This document shows, piece by piece, positions 29,595 through 47,380 of a stretch of 64,000 nucleotides of DNA (positions within the stretch are counted from its first letter, which is position 1; every line of letters begins with the position of its first letter). The notes under the pieces were generated by a model that saw only the letters and a program-made list of their open reading frames with translations, was not told the origin of the DNA and did no database searches. Source of the DNA: the human T2T-CHM13v2.0 reference genome, Homo sapiens; assembly GCF_009914755.1 (NCBI RefSeq), contig NC_060936.1. One strand, 5' to 3'. Position numbers and translations under genes: made by a program.

Positions 29595-31348
29595 GGGTAG
29601 ATTCCGTTCCAAGATGGCCGAATAGGAACAGCTCCGGTCTGCAGCTCCCAGCATGATCGATGCAGAAGATGGGTGATTTCTGCATTTCCAACTGAGATAC
29701 CTGGTTCATCTCATTGGGACTGGTTGGACAGTAGGTGCTGCCCACAGAGGGTGAGCCAAAGCAGGGTGGGGCATTGCCTCACCCAGGAAGCACAAGGGGT
29801 CGAGGCATTTCCCTTTCCTAGCCAAGGGAAGCCATGACAGACTGTACCTGGAAAAATGGTACATTTCCACCCAAATACTGCACTTTTCCAACAATCTTAG
29901 CAAATGGCACACCAGGAGATTGTATCCTGCTACTCGCTTGGTGGGTCCCAGACCTTCGGAGCCTTGCTCACTGCTAGTACAGCAGTCTGAGATCGATCCG
30001 TGAGGCAGCAGGCAGGGGGAGGGGCATCAACCATTGCTGAGGCTTGAGTACTAAACAAAGCAGCCAGGGAAGCTCGAACTGGGCAGAGCCCACTGCAGCT
30101 CAGCAAGGCCTGCTGCCTCTGTAGATTCCACCTCCGGGGGCAGGGCATAGCTGAACAAAAGACAGCAGAAACTTGTGCGGACTTAAACATTCCTGTATGA
30201 CGGCTCTGAAGAGAGCAGTAGTTCTCCTAGCATGGCGTTTGAGCTCTGAGAGTGGACAGACTGCCTCCTCAAGTGGGTCCCTGACCCCCGTGTATCCTAA
30301 CTGGGAGACACCTCCCAGTAGGGGCCAACTGACACCTTATACAGGCAGGAGCCCCTCTGGGACTGAAGCTTCCAGAGGAAGGATCAGGCAGCAATATTTG
30401 CTGTTCTGCAGCCTCCACTGGTGATACCCAGGCAAACAGGGTCTGGAGTGGACCTACAGCAAACTCCAACAGACCTGCAGCTGAGGGACCTGACTGTTAG
30501 AAGGAAAACTAACAAACAGAAAGGAATAGTGTGAACATCAACAAAAAGGACATCCACACCAAAACCCCATCTGTAGGTCACCATCATCAAAGACCAAAGG
30601 TAGATACAACCACAAAGATGGGGAGAAACCAGAGCAGAAAGCTGAAAACTCTAAAAACCAGAGGACTCTTCTCCTCCAAAGGATTGCAGCTCTGCACCAG
30701 CAATGGAACAAAGCAGGATGGAGAATGACTTTGATGAGCTGACAGAAGTAGGCTTCAGAAGGTCGGTAATAACAAACTTCTCCGAGCTAAAGGAAGATGT
30801 TTGAACCCATCACAAGGAAGTTAAAAACCTTGAAAAAACATTAGGTGAATGGCTAACTAGAATAAACAGTGTAGAGAAGATCTTAAATGACCTGATGGAG
30901 CTGAAAACCATGGCACGAGAACTATGTGATGCATGCACAAGCTTCAATAGCCGATTCGATCAAGTGGAAGAAAGGGTATCAGTGATTGAAGATCAAATTA
31001 ATGAAATCAAGCAGAAAGACAAGTTTAGAGAAAAAAGAGTAAAAAGAAACAAAGAAAGCCTCCAAGAAATATGGGACTATGTGAAAAGACCAAATCTACA
31101 TTTGATTGATGTACCTGAAAGTGACGGGGAGAATAGAACCAAGTTGGAAAACACTCTTCAGGATATTATCCATAAGAACTTCCCCAACCTAGCAAGGCAG
31201 GCTAACATTCAAATTCAGGAAATACAGAGATCACCACGAAGACACTCCTCGAGAAGAGCAACCCCAAGACACATAATTGTCAGATTCACCAAGGTTGAAA
31301 TGAAGGAAAAAATGCTAAGGGCAGCCAGAGAGAAAGGTTGGGTTATCC
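29595..31348 (+). mobile_element. L1PA6-like 5'UTR plus partial ORF1, 3'-truncated
   Basis: ccaagatggccgaataggaacagctccgg start; ORF1 ATG at 30618; ORF1p 30895-31348; ends abruptly with no tail. Confidence 0.92.
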
Positions 31349-32332
31349 TGTAGCTCTACATAGTTACAAATTATTAATTTCTTTGTATTACATTAATATG
31401 TTTAATATTTTATAATGTGGAATATATGTTACACATATATTAGAAGTTTATGTTCTCCCTGGGAGCAATCCTGGAATATACATAATCACACCCCTATATG
31501 CATATTAAAAATACATTTGATTTTCAGACTTTTTTCACCCATCTTGAGAACTTAAACAGGATGCAAAAATTTGACATAGAAAGAATAGACAAAATATGTC
31601 TTCATAGTCTGAAGTCAACCACATAATTCTATATTTTTATAATCCCATGGGCATGAAAAACTCAGCAGCTGTGCATTAGGAAGTTCAAACATCATAGTTT
31701 CAGGTTTTAATCTTGTAGTGTCTATAAAAACACAATATGTGGCCAGTGGAAGTTGTTTATTAAAAAATTCTCAACAGTAATACTTAAAATATTTTTAAAT
31801 ATGCTTTTTAAACTGAAATTTGTTTATATTTATAGACAATAAAATTCACTGATCTGAAGTAAAATACACTTTGAAGTGGCAGAGTCTGAGATACTGATAT
31901 GTTTAAGCAAATGTCCTAATAGAAACTATTAGGAAATAACATTTTTTTTTCTCTCTAGCAAGATTCTTCATTCCTCCAATTCTTGCTTCCACTCTTTTTC
32001 CTTTTTCTTCTTCCCTCTCATAGAATGTTTTTTTTTCTTATTTTTGCTCCATCTTTAACATTTATTTCTTTGCCTCCTCTTCTTTTTTTCCTCCTTGCCA
32101 TTTCTTCTCTTCTTTGTGCTTCAGGGGTTTGCTTACTTCCCTAACCTTCTTTTCTGGCTGTTTCTCTCTTTCCTTCGGTTACATTAAAACTCCTTTTGGC
32201 AAAATCTCTCCTTCAGATACATCAGGGCCCTTGAATGAAATGCCTGGAAAATTAATTCCATGTACATTTTATGAAATCTTGCTCACAGCTGCATTTTTCC
32301 ATTAGAGATGGTTTCAAAAGGCTGCATTTAAA

Positions 32333-32363
32333 ACACACGCACACACACACACACACACACACA
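32333..32363. repeat. (CA)n microsatellite
   Basis: Seen directly. Confidence 0.9.
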
Positions 32364-32823
32364 GCCAAATGAGGCAAAGTTTAAGTGAGAAAACATGTGT
32401 GGAGCATTAAGCCAAGTGACAGGAGGAGGGTTGCATTTTCAGAGAAGCAGGGAAGTTCTATAAATGCCTTTCAAATAAAACAAGAACACTTTTGAACTTT
32501 AAAAATAAAAATCAGATTGCCATCACGGAATTGACTAAAATAAAATTCACATTTAGATTGAAAGACAATTACAGCTCAGCTTGTTTTTTTAATTTTTAAT
32601 TTTTAGTTTTATTTTTTTAATTGTACGTTAAGTTCTAGGGCACATGTACACAACGTGTAGGTTTGTTACATAAGTATACATGTGCCATGTTGGTTTGCTG
32701 CACCCATTAACTCGTCATTTACATTAGGTATTTCTCCCAATGCTATCCCTCTGCCATTGCCCCACCCCATGACAAGCCCCGGTATGTGATGTTTCCCACC
32801 CTGTGTCCAAGTGTTCTCATTGT

Positions 32824-36663
<3,840 letters not shown>

Positions 36664-36726
36664 TATGACGTTAGCTGGTTATTTTGCCCATTAGTTGATG
36701 CAGTTTCTTCTTAGCCTTGATGGTCT

Positions 36727-37748
36727 TTACAATTTGGCATGTTTTTGCAGTGGCTGGTACCAGTTGTTCCTTTCCATGTTTAGTGCTTCCTTCAGGAGCT
36801 CTTGTAAGGCAGGCCTGGTGGTGACAAAATCTCTCAGCATTAGCTTGTCTGTAAAGGATTTTATTTCTCCTTCACTTATGAAGCTTAGTTTGGCTGGATA
36901 TGAAATTCTGGGTTGAAAATTCTTTTCTTAAAGCATGTTGAATACTGGCCCCCAATCTATTCTGGCTTGTAGGGTTTCTGCCGAGAGATCCACTGTTAGT
37001 CTGATGGGATTCCCTTTGTGGGTAACCTAACCTTTCTCTCTGGCTGCCCTTAGCATTTTTTCCTTCATTTCAACCTTGGTGAATCTGACAATTATGTGTC
37101 TTGGGGTTGCTTTTCTCGGGGAGTATCTTTGTGGTGATCTCTGTATTTCCTGAATTTGAATATTGGCCTGCCTTGCTAGGTTGGAGAAGGTGTCCTGGAT
37201 AATATCCTGAAGAGTGTTTTCCAACTTGGTTCCATTCTCCCCGTCACTTTCAGATACACCAATCAGATGTAGATTTTTTCTTTTCACATATTCCCATATT
37301 TCTTGGAGGCTTTGTTCATTTCTTTTCACTCTTTTTTCTCTAAATTTTTCTTCTCACTTCATTTCATTAATTTGATCTTCAATCACTGATACCCTTTCTT
37401 CCACTTGATCGAATTGGCTACTGAAGCTTGTGCATGCATCACATAGTTCTCTTGCCATGGTTTTCAGCTCCATCATGTCATTTAAGGTCTTCTCTACACT
37501 GCTTATTCTAGTTAGCTGTTCATCTAATCTTTTTTCAAGGTTTTTAGCCTCCTTGTGATGGGTTGGAACATCTTCCTTTAGCTCAGAGAAGTTTATTACC
37601 GACTTTCTGAGACCTACTTCTGTCAACTCATCAAAGTCATTCTCTGTCCTGCTTTGTTCCATTGCTGGCAAGGAGCTGCGATCCTTTGGAGGAGAAGGGG
37701 CATTCTGGTTTTTAGAGTTTTCAGCTTTCTGCTCTGGTTTCTCCCCAT
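36727..37748 (-). pseudogene. L1 ORF1p, disrupted by frameshifts and stops
   Basis: ORF1 fragments 37354-37748 and 37027-37329; stop codon at 36727-36729. Confidence 0.85.
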
Positions 37749-39649
37749 CTTTGTGGTTGTATCTACCTTTGGACTTTGATGATTGTGACCTACAGGTGGC
37801 GTTTGTTGTGGATATCCTTTTTGTTGATGTTGATACTATTCCTTTCTGTTTGTTAGTTTTCCTTCTAACAGTCAGGTCCCTCAGCTGCAGGTCTGTTGGA
37901 GTTTGCTGGAGGTCCACTCTAGACCCTGTTTGCCTGGGTATCATCAGCAGAAGCTGTAAAACAGCAAATATTGCAGAACAGCAAATATTACTGCCTGATC
38001 CTTCCTCTGGAAGCTTTGTCTCACAGGGACACCTGGCTATATGGGGTGTCAGTTGGCCCCTACTGTGAGGTGCCTCCAAGTTAGGCTACACGGGGGTCAG
38101 GGACCCACTTGAGGAGGCAGTCTGTCCATTCTCAGAGCTCAAACAGCATGCTGGGAGAACTGCTGCTCTCTTCAGAGCTGTCACACAGGGATGTTTAAGT
38201 CTGCAGAAGTTTCTGCTGCCTTTTGTTCAGCTATGCCCTATCCCCAGAGGTGGAGACTACAGAGGTAGGTGGGCCTCATTGAGCTGTGGTGGGCTCCTCC
38301 CAATTTGAGATTCCCTGGCTGCTTTGTTTACCTACTCAAGCCTCAGCAATGGCAGACAGCCCTCCCCCAGCCAGTCTTGCTGCCTTGCAGTTTGATCTCA
38401 GACTAGCAGTGTGAAAGGCTCCATGGGCATGGGACCTGCTGAGCCAGGCATGGGATATAATCTCCTGGTGTGCCATTTGCTAAGACTGTTGGAAAACTGC
38501 AGTGTTTAGGTGGCAGTGTCCCGATTTTCCCGGTACAGTCTGTCATGGCTTCCCTTGGCTAGGAAAGGGAAATCCCCCAACCCCTTGCACTTTCCAGGTG
38601 AGGCAATGCCCCGCCCTGCTTTGGCTCACCCTCCATGGGCTGCACCCACCTTCCGACCAGTCTCAATGAGATGAACCATGTACCTCAGTTGGAAATGCAG
38701 AAATCAACTGTCTTCTGCATCTATCAAGCTTGGAGCTACAGACCGGAACTGTTCCTATTTGGCCATCTTGGGAAAGCAATCAATACAGCAGTATATTCAT
38801 GTCAAATGTAAAACTATGGTTCTATTATATATGCATGGCAGGTTCAATGTATCTTTAATAAATCTAATATAATTAAATTACCATAAAGTGTTATATCCCA
38901 TCACTACATACAGTTTGAAAAAATTTAGAGATTCTGAAATCAGTTTGATGATTTCATGTAAAACAATAGGCTGAAATATAACTTTTCCTCTACTTTCTCT
39001 CTTCTGGTTTGCTACCTATCATGTGCTTGAAACTTAACTCTGTTTTCATTTATTTCTTTTGTCTGTGGTTCCTGCTTTTGTTTGTTAGTTTTATTTGGTT
39101 ATTTGTTTAGAAAACTGTAGTTTTTCTATGGCAAAGGAATCTATATAATTTTATCAAAATGTGTGAAATATTCATGGATGTGACTGAACTTTCTGCAGAA
39201 TAATATCTGATACTACTGGAACAATTTGTACTGGAGCCTTAGAAAACATGGATGCACTGCAGACTATGTATGGTTAAAAAAATATTTTTACTTGGTACAG
39301 AGTGTCAGTGTTAGGGTAGTCATTTCACCACTGTTCTTTATGGCCCTTGGAATCATAAAACTGATTTGTCAGACATTCTGGATATCTTCAGACAATATGA
39401 GATAATGGAAGAAACTCTTGGCTCAAAGACAGAAGATAAGGCTTTTATCCTACTTCTGCCATGTTAGTTAGTTATTTGTAAGCAAACCAAGAATAGGAGG
39501 AGTTGATTACCTTTAAAAATAGTGCACTTATTAAGAAAAAAGAAAACAGAAGAAGTGCTGCTCTTATTAGAATCATATTTAATTTTCACTAGCCATTGGC
39601 AAGATGGATGATGGTAAAATGCACTTTTTAATTGCAAAAAGATAATATC

Positions 39650-40330
39650 TAATATTAAAACAATATTTGAATGCTGACTATAAGCTCTCCTCTGAGCACC
39701 ATCTGAATTTCTTTATGTAGTACTTACCACAAGACATGGTAGAAACTTCATTTGTTAACTCATTCAATCATTAACACATTCTCTCATTTAATTTAAAGTC
39801 CTTACATTGGCCTATGAGGTTACACATGACCTGTCCCTTATCTCTTCTGCTTCTCTCTCCCTTGTTCACTCTGATCCAGGCCCAGGAGGTTATTTGCTGT
39901 CACTCAGATGTGCCAGGCACACTCCTGACTTACTTCTTTTGTGCTAGTTGTTTTCTCTTCCTGGGGTTTTTCTCCCCCAGGTGTCTTTTAGGCTGACTTC
40001 CTTACCTTCTTTGAGTCCTTGCTCAAATGTCACCTTCTCAAGGACACCTATTCTGGCACCTCAATTAATACTGCTGATTTCCTTCTTTCATCACCCACCT
40101 TCTTGATTTTCCCTATTTTCCCTTACCCTGCTCTACTTTTATCCCCTGTAGCATATCAGCCTTTAGCACACTGTGCAGTTTATTTCATTATTATGTTTAG
40201 ATTGTCTTTCCCTCTCTCTTCCAAACTTCGTGGAACATGGAGATTTTTGTCTATTTTCTTCCTTGATACAAGCGCCTAGGATAATGTCTGATCCATAGAA
40301 GACACTCACATATTTGTAAAATGATTCAAT
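39650..40330 (+). mobile_element. L2 3' fragment
   Basis: tgctcaaatgtcaccttctca; 3' end gacactcacatatttgtaaaatga. Confidence 0.7.
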
Positions 40331-41000
40331 TTAGCAAATAGGTATTAAGTGTCTGCTCTGTTTCAGGATTTGTGCTTACTACTGGGAATAAAATGAAGAA
40401 CAAGACACAATCTCTAACCCACAAAAGTTTATGTGGTATAATTCCCAGGACACTCACCACAGATTCTGATTCATTTGATCTTGGATGGAATCTAGTCGTT
40501 TGCAACTCTGCCAGACACACCAGAGGTTTCAGATGTACCCTGTCCTCACCACGTCCTCCCAGCAAGCAGGGGAGCTGTCTTGTCATGGGATCTTTGACAC
40601 TTAATACGAAGCCTGAAACATACTGGGCATTGAATAAATAAAATGGATTGAAGGTACTTTCTATCTTCCAGAAACACATAAAAACATTGACCAAATTTGT
40701 ACCAGACAATTATTTATTTATTTTTCTAAAAGCACTTCTAACATAATAGAAATGAATTTTCTATACATAGAACAGTTAACTGAGAAAAGAAAGACATGTG
40801 CATATGGAGATTCAGAGGAGGGAACAAACCTCCAAAATATTCCACTAAGATTTCCACTGCTCTGATCTTGAAAGCTATATCTTGAGAGTAATATCAATGT
40901 TATCTTTAGGTATTACTTAAAATTCAATAAATGTAATGATTAGTACACGTGGAAAAAAGGATGGCTTTTTTGGTAGCATTTCACATTTATGAGGGGGCTG

Positions 41001-41082
41001 GGGCAGTGCTGGTGATACTGGATTTGCAAGTGATCAATGGGCAGTGCTGGTGATACTGGATTTGCAAGTGGTCAATGGGCAG
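41001..41082. repeat. 38-bp tandem duplication (about 2.2 copies)
   Basis: gggcagtgctggtgatactggatttgcaagtg(a/g)tcaat twice, then gggcag. Confidence 0.9.
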
Positions 41083-41869
41083 GCTATTGTTATGAAATTC
41101 ACAGAATACATACGTGTCACGACCAGATTCACATCTCTCCAAGATAAATCTGCATATGAAACTCACATGGATTGACTGACAGTGAATGCTTAAATTATCA
41201 AAAGCTGAGTACTCAAAATTTTCTCCTTGTCATTTGATACCTGGGCCAGGAATTGCATTGATTGGCTCCAAAGGGACTTGGACTATAGTTTGGAAAGGGA
41301 AAGGTTTCATGCATCACAATAAAGTTTGAGCATAACACAACTTGTCATAGGATGTAATTCAGAATAAAGCCTGTGTTTATTATTGGGAGTAGCAGAAAAG
41401 CCTTGTCATAGAGTGCAGAGTCTTTTATAATATGGTTGATAAACATAGTATGCTGCCTGCTAAAGGCCAAGATTCCAGAAGAATGATATTATAAGCCAGA
41501 CTCTGAGACATATAACCATTCTCAAATAGAGAGTTGAAATAAGTAAAGCTTATTTTTTTGGACCCGACTCTTTTCTTTTTCTATATATATCCTCCTCTAT
41601 TTATTCTTTTCATACCTCAGCCATCCAGTACTCTCATTTCACTCTCCTTTCACTCTCCTTTTCTTTTAATAAATCCTTATTTTCTGGAAAGAGGTTTATA
41701 TCAATAAATTATGCCTGAGAATAAGTTTGTTAATGGTTGCTTATCCCAAGCATAATCTACCTCAAGTGCATTTGACTTGTACTTATCTCTAATTGTGAAA
41801 TCAGTGTTTTCAAACAAAAATTTCAAGATCAGGGGTTGAGAATGTTGTGTTTTGAAGAGTATGGAAGAG

Positions 41870-42110
41870 TCGATTATTTAATACCTATCATGTGTCAGGC
41901 CTTGTGCTAGATATTTGGTCTTCATTATCCAATTTAATTATCTTGAAGAATTCTATGAGGTGGGTAGGGTAATATGCTTTTTTCTTTTTTTTTTTTTTTT
42001 AACAGATGAGGAAACTGAGAGTTAAGGAGGTCAATGTACTTACCAAAGTTCATGGGTTTTAACCCATGAACTGATTTCAGAGACTTCTGAGCTCCTGCCT
42101 TTCTATATTC
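41870..42110 (-). mobile_element. MIR
   Basis: Core acagatgaggaaactgagagttaagga. Confidence 0.75.
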
Positions 42111-43019
42111 CACACCGCTACAGAGACACAAATATGTGGGTAGCATATATTGATAAGACTTGGAAAAGAAAGCAAGAATTAAAGAGGAAAGTAAACACAA
42201 GGAAAGGTGTTACTCAACTGTACCCATCTTTAGCTAAAGTTATGAAGTCAGTTTTTAGATCATTTGAAAACATTTACTCTCCATAACACAGTCAAAAGGG
42301 TGTCTAGAATTTATGGTGGGAAAATAAATATTTATCATGTATTAAGTGCCAACTCTAAATATTTACCATGTATTAAGTATATGATAGAGCCTGAGTTGGC
42401 CCTATAATATACTATCTCTAATCCTGATAACAAGAATTACATTATTATCTCCATTTTGTCTTTCCAACTCACTGATTCCTTCTTCAGCTATATCCATCTT
42501 AGTCTTTACCCCACCTATTGTGGACTTTATTTCAACCATTATATGTGGGATAACTAACATTTCCTCTTTGTTCATTTTTATAGTCACTTGTTTTTCTCAT
42601 ATCGCTAATACTTTCTTTTATTTCTTTCAATACACTTGTTTTTGTTGTTTTAAAGTTTTGGTTGGTTTGTTCCAATACTTGTGTTTCAGATAGTATATGC
42701 TATTGAGCTGTTGGATTTCTTTCAGGTAATTTTCTGCCTTAGGTGTCATTTACTTTAGTTTATTCCTTAGGTTTTTCTGCTTCAGCTGTTGAGTTATTAT
42801 TTAATTCCTTAGGCAAAAATGCATAAAAATACCTGAGGTTCTCAGTTATTGTAGCAGGTAAGGTGTATTAGGGAAGGGCCAAGATTAAGTTCCAAGTTAA
42901 GAGTCTCAGTCACTTTTGGTAACTCATATGTACAGTGATAGTTGTTATAGAAAAACTTTTGATTAAAACAAAAGCTACCACTACAAAGATATAGTTCCTA
43001 AAATTAAAACACAAAGCAA

Positions 43020-43695
43020 AACAAAAATATGACAATACCAAGTGCTGGTAAAAATGCAGAGAATAGGAAATTTTCATAGATTCCTGGATGAAATAAAAGT
43101 GGGATAGCCACTTTGTAAAATAGTTTGGCAGTATCTTATCGAGTTAAACATACACTTAACATATGACCTAACAATCTTACTTTTAGGAATTTACCCAAGA
43201 GAACTGAAAATGTATTTCACACAAAAATCTGTGTGCAAGTAGTTATAGGAGCTTTCTTAATAATTTTCACCAAGCTAGAAATAACCCAGATAACTTTCAA
43301 CTAGAAAATGGATAAACAAACTGTGTATGTGAATACAAGGGAATGCTACTAAACAGTACAAAGGAATATACTACTGACACAACATGGACAAACCACAAAT
43401 AAATTATACCATGTGAAAGAAGCTATACACAAAAGCTACATACTATGTCATTGCATGTATATTTCATTTTTTTTTAAAAAAAGGTTAAAGTATGGTGGTT
43501 TCCAGGGGTTGAAGGAGGGAGAAGTGGTGGACTACAAAGGTCAACCTGAGAGAGACGCCAGGTTGATGAAACTGCTCTGGATCTTATCTGTGTTGATAAA
43601 TACATGAATCTTTGCATTTTTAAGTTTGTAGAAATATATATCAAAAAGAGTGAATTTTTCTGTATATAAGTTAAAAATATAATTTCTTAAAAAAG
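43020..43695 (+). mobile_element. Old L1 (L1MC/ME) 3' end
   Basis: gacaataccaagtgctgg...tagtttggcagtatcttat...aaaatggataaacaaactgtg. Confidence 0.7.
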
Positions 43696-43837
43696 TAAAA
43701 TCTAACCTTTTTGATTCTTTTTTATGCTCACTTTTGAGACAAAAAGTGTGGTTTAAAAATATCTTGAAATAGTTTGTGTTTTAAATTTAAGAAACAGTCT
43801 TGTGGTTCAGTCACAAAGTCACACCTGAACTAGTTTC

Positions 43838-44007
43838 CTTTTTTTTTAAAATTATACTTTAAGTTTACGGTACAAGTGCACAACGTGCAGGTTTGTTACA
43901 TATATATACATGTGCCATGTTGGTGTGCTGCACCCATCAACTTGTCATTTACATTAGGTATATCTCCTAATGCTATCCCTCCCCCATGCCCCCCACCCCA
44001 CAACAGG
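43838..44007 (-). mobile_element. Short (~170 bp) 5'-truncated L1PA5-like 3' end
   Basis: L1PA 3'UTR; TSD acctgaacta(g/t)tttc at 43823-43837 and 44008-44022. Confidence 0.9.
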
Positions 44008-46945
44008 ACCTGAACTATTTTCATTAGATTTATTTAAAATATTTAATAAGCAGTGGAGTTTGAAGAAAAATGTTTCCAGCTTTATTATTTTTATGTTGTG
44101 CCAAACTTTGCTTCCACCTGGGTGTGTATATGTGTTTTAAGATCACTTTGTTTTCTTAACAAGGTCTTTTGGAGGAGAAAAATTTTTAGTTCCATTAATG
44201 GATTGCCCCCTTCTCTTAGCTTATTAAACTTGATGAAGATAAATGATTTCAAATGCAGGTGGCCACCCAAAAAAAAAGAAAAAAAAACACCCCACTAAAT
44301 TGTGAGGTCAATTCCCACCCAGGGTTGACAGGCCCTTTATTCTAAATTATAAGTGGAAAATGCTAAGGTGATCTCATGCTCATAAAGTTGGACCAGTGTT
44401 CCCTAACAGGTGTTAAAAAAGAATTGAGACTATTGGAGAACTGTTTAGTATGCACAGATGTTTGAAACTATATTGAGACTCTCAGGCCTCCTTTGCAATA
44501 ACTTGCTTGAAATGATGGATGTACAAACCAGATTTAGAATTTTGAGTTCTAATAAACATGTTGGAGTGGCCACTCAAATGCACAAAGCTGATCCCTCCCT
44601 CATCTCTGTTGTCCTGGTACTTGCATAGCTGTTGATAATTATTAGGTGTCAGTAAATAACTGAGAAGCAAATAAAGCTCTTTGGGTCTAATAAATATGTG
44701 ACTTTTCATGACTTTTTTGTGCATCTGCTGTAGTATAGATATAATACCTTACATTCCTGTTATATCACAGAACATTGAGAGTAAAAAATAAATTAGTTGT
44801 CAATATAAAAATGCAATGAAACAATATGGAAGTTTTATAATACTGAATCTGTAGTGAGAACTCTAACATTATAACTGACTCAGTTCTGGGTTGTCTCATT
44901 CTCTGAGTCTTCCATTTTACTTAAATGTATTTTCATAGGTTTGCATAAAGGTGTCCTTACTTTGGATTTCAATGCATCCCACAGGAAAATTGTACAGGAT
45001 CTGTTTGCAGAGCCATATTGTTTTTCAAAGAAAATGAAATAAAGCATCATCAGATTCGGGGCGCTTTATTTCATAATACTCAAACTTTGCTTGGCAATAG
45101 AATCCTTATTTCAACTTGGGTGGGAGGTAAAGAGAGAGAAAACTGTTAAACTTAGGAGAATAATTATTTAGAAATGTCTAAGTCAAAGCATTTCTCCTTG
45201 TGGTGACTATTTCTCAACATCCTGATCCACCCAGTGTCTATCCACTATTTGATTTTTCCTTTTGAGGGTAAATTAGCTTATTGCTTCAAATATCCCTAAT
45301 GCTACAGGCTTAAAAATAAAAATTAAAACAGCAACCAGGGTGTACCTTTGGATGAATCCACTTCAGAGCAAGATGGCTGCCATGCCCACAAGACGTGGTT
45401 TGTCATGACTTTGTCCTAGGCTAGTATAGATTGTTGGGTGGCAGTGATGGAAGGAGCTGCTACTTATTATTTACAACCTTCATTAGTCATTAGTAAATGC
45501 TGTTGCAGTTCTCTTGTTTGCATAATCTTACCTGGAAAATTAGAAAACCAAGAATTTCTAGATTCAGCTGGGAATAATTGGGACTGGCAATTGGAATATT
45601 GTCCTTCTTGAAGGTGATGACAATGACAAAGATGATGATGAAGATGATAGTAATAATTGTCATAGCTTTCTTGAATACTTATTATATGCCAGGCATTTGC
45701 TATTGTAATCTATACACTAGATAATTTACATCCCAAATCTGTGCGAGTCAGGTATTAGAATAATTCTCTCCAAACTCCGTAATGCTAGCTTTAGCCAGAT
45801 CACAGTCACCATCACCATGGCAGCTATAGGCATTTTTCTCCCCAACTCCACTGCACCCATCCAACCTATCCAAATTTAATGTGACAAGGAACCTATAGCC
45901 TCAAAAACTGAAGCAAACTGGCACAGGAGCCTTCTTTGGAGAGTCATTCATGCTACAGAGACCATGGAAGTATCCAGGTGGTGCTTAGACACTATAGTTA
46001 TCTAAAATAATTCTGAAAGATTTGCCAAATAAACCACCTGAACCCCTCTATGCTTCACTCCTCCTGATTCCTCCAGCTCTCTCCTTCCAGACAGGGGAAG
46101 TTCTGGAAAGGAGCCTGATGGAGCCACAGGTTTGTCATTCAATACATACGCTATGTTCTACTTCCTCCGTGTCCTCACTAGGTACACATCAGCAGTGGGG
46201 GTACTTATTATTATACAAGGCAGGTGCTGACCCTCATGTCAGATCTCTCTAACCCCATAGCAGCCTGTTTTTTCAATCCCCTCTTTTGATGTGAAGCCTA
46301 AAGAGACTAAAAGAATACCCAGAATAGGAGAAGGGTTAGGAACTTAGGAAAGAAAAACAGTGATCATGTTCAAAGTCATTATATTTCTTTAAAACAGTGT
46401 TCTCTAAAGTAGGAATTCTTACTCTTTTTTATTCTTAGTGTCCAATGAACAGTAAGGACCTTATTACGTGTTTGTTGAATAAAAGGTGCCAGCTCTAAAT
46501 TAATGGGCCAATTCTGAAGGTTGTGGGTTTTCTGGATATTGACTTTTTTAAGTTGCCAACTTATAGTTATTGTTCCATTATTTAGTGTCGCTCATTGAGT
46601 CAAAAAAAAAAAAGTATGAATCCAGCTGGTTTAGGAAATTAATAAAAAATATATTTTCCTACATTATTTGTCTACTTTGTATTTTGAGGGAAAGAATACA
46701 CAAATAATTCAGAATTTTTGCTTCGAGTTTCCATTTTCAGAAATACTACCTTATGTTTGGTCCAAAAAACATGTTTTTAAGTCAGTGCTTAATGTCATGG
46801 TCTGGCAAACAAAGATGAATAAGCCATGGTTCCACCTTCTGTAGGGGTAACTAATCTGATATTTAGTGGGCACCAGTTTGACAGCCGTTTCTGCCCATCT
46901 GCCATATTTATACATTTCCTATTCCCTCTTTTAACAAGATGAAAA

Positions 46946-47044
46946 CATGTTGGCCAGGCTGGTTTTGAACTCCTGGCCTCATGATCCGCCCCCATCAGCC
47001 TCCCAAAGTGCTGGGATTACAGGCATGAGCCATCACACCTGGCC
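46946..47044 (-). mobile_element. Tail-less 5' fragment of an Alu left arm
   Basis: First ~99 nt of an Alu only; no poly-A. Confidence 0.85.
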
Positions 47045-47049
47045 CCAAA

Positions 47050-47380
47050 TTGGGATTATTAACTGGCCTTTCTACCTTTAATTTTGAAGCCAGAGTAATT
47101 TTTCTAAAGCAAAAAATAATTTTATTTTGTCTTAGTTAAAACTTTTCAAGTCTTAACTACCATCCTTCAAATCTCTAAGCCTTCAGGGTAAATGTTCTAA
47201 TAGATTCTCTCTAGTCCCTTAAGGAACCTCTGTCTTGGCATCTACCGAAATTTATTATTTATTTGTTTGCCTTTCTGTGCAGATAATACCTTATTGAAGG
47301 AAGGAATTACACTTTTTATCTTTGTATTCTCAGCACCTTACTGGCATTTAGAAAGTATTTAATATATGTTTGTTGAATGA
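47050..47380 (+). mobile_element. L2 3' fragment
   Basis: tatctttgtattctcagcacct...atatgtttgttgaatga. Confidence 0.6.
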
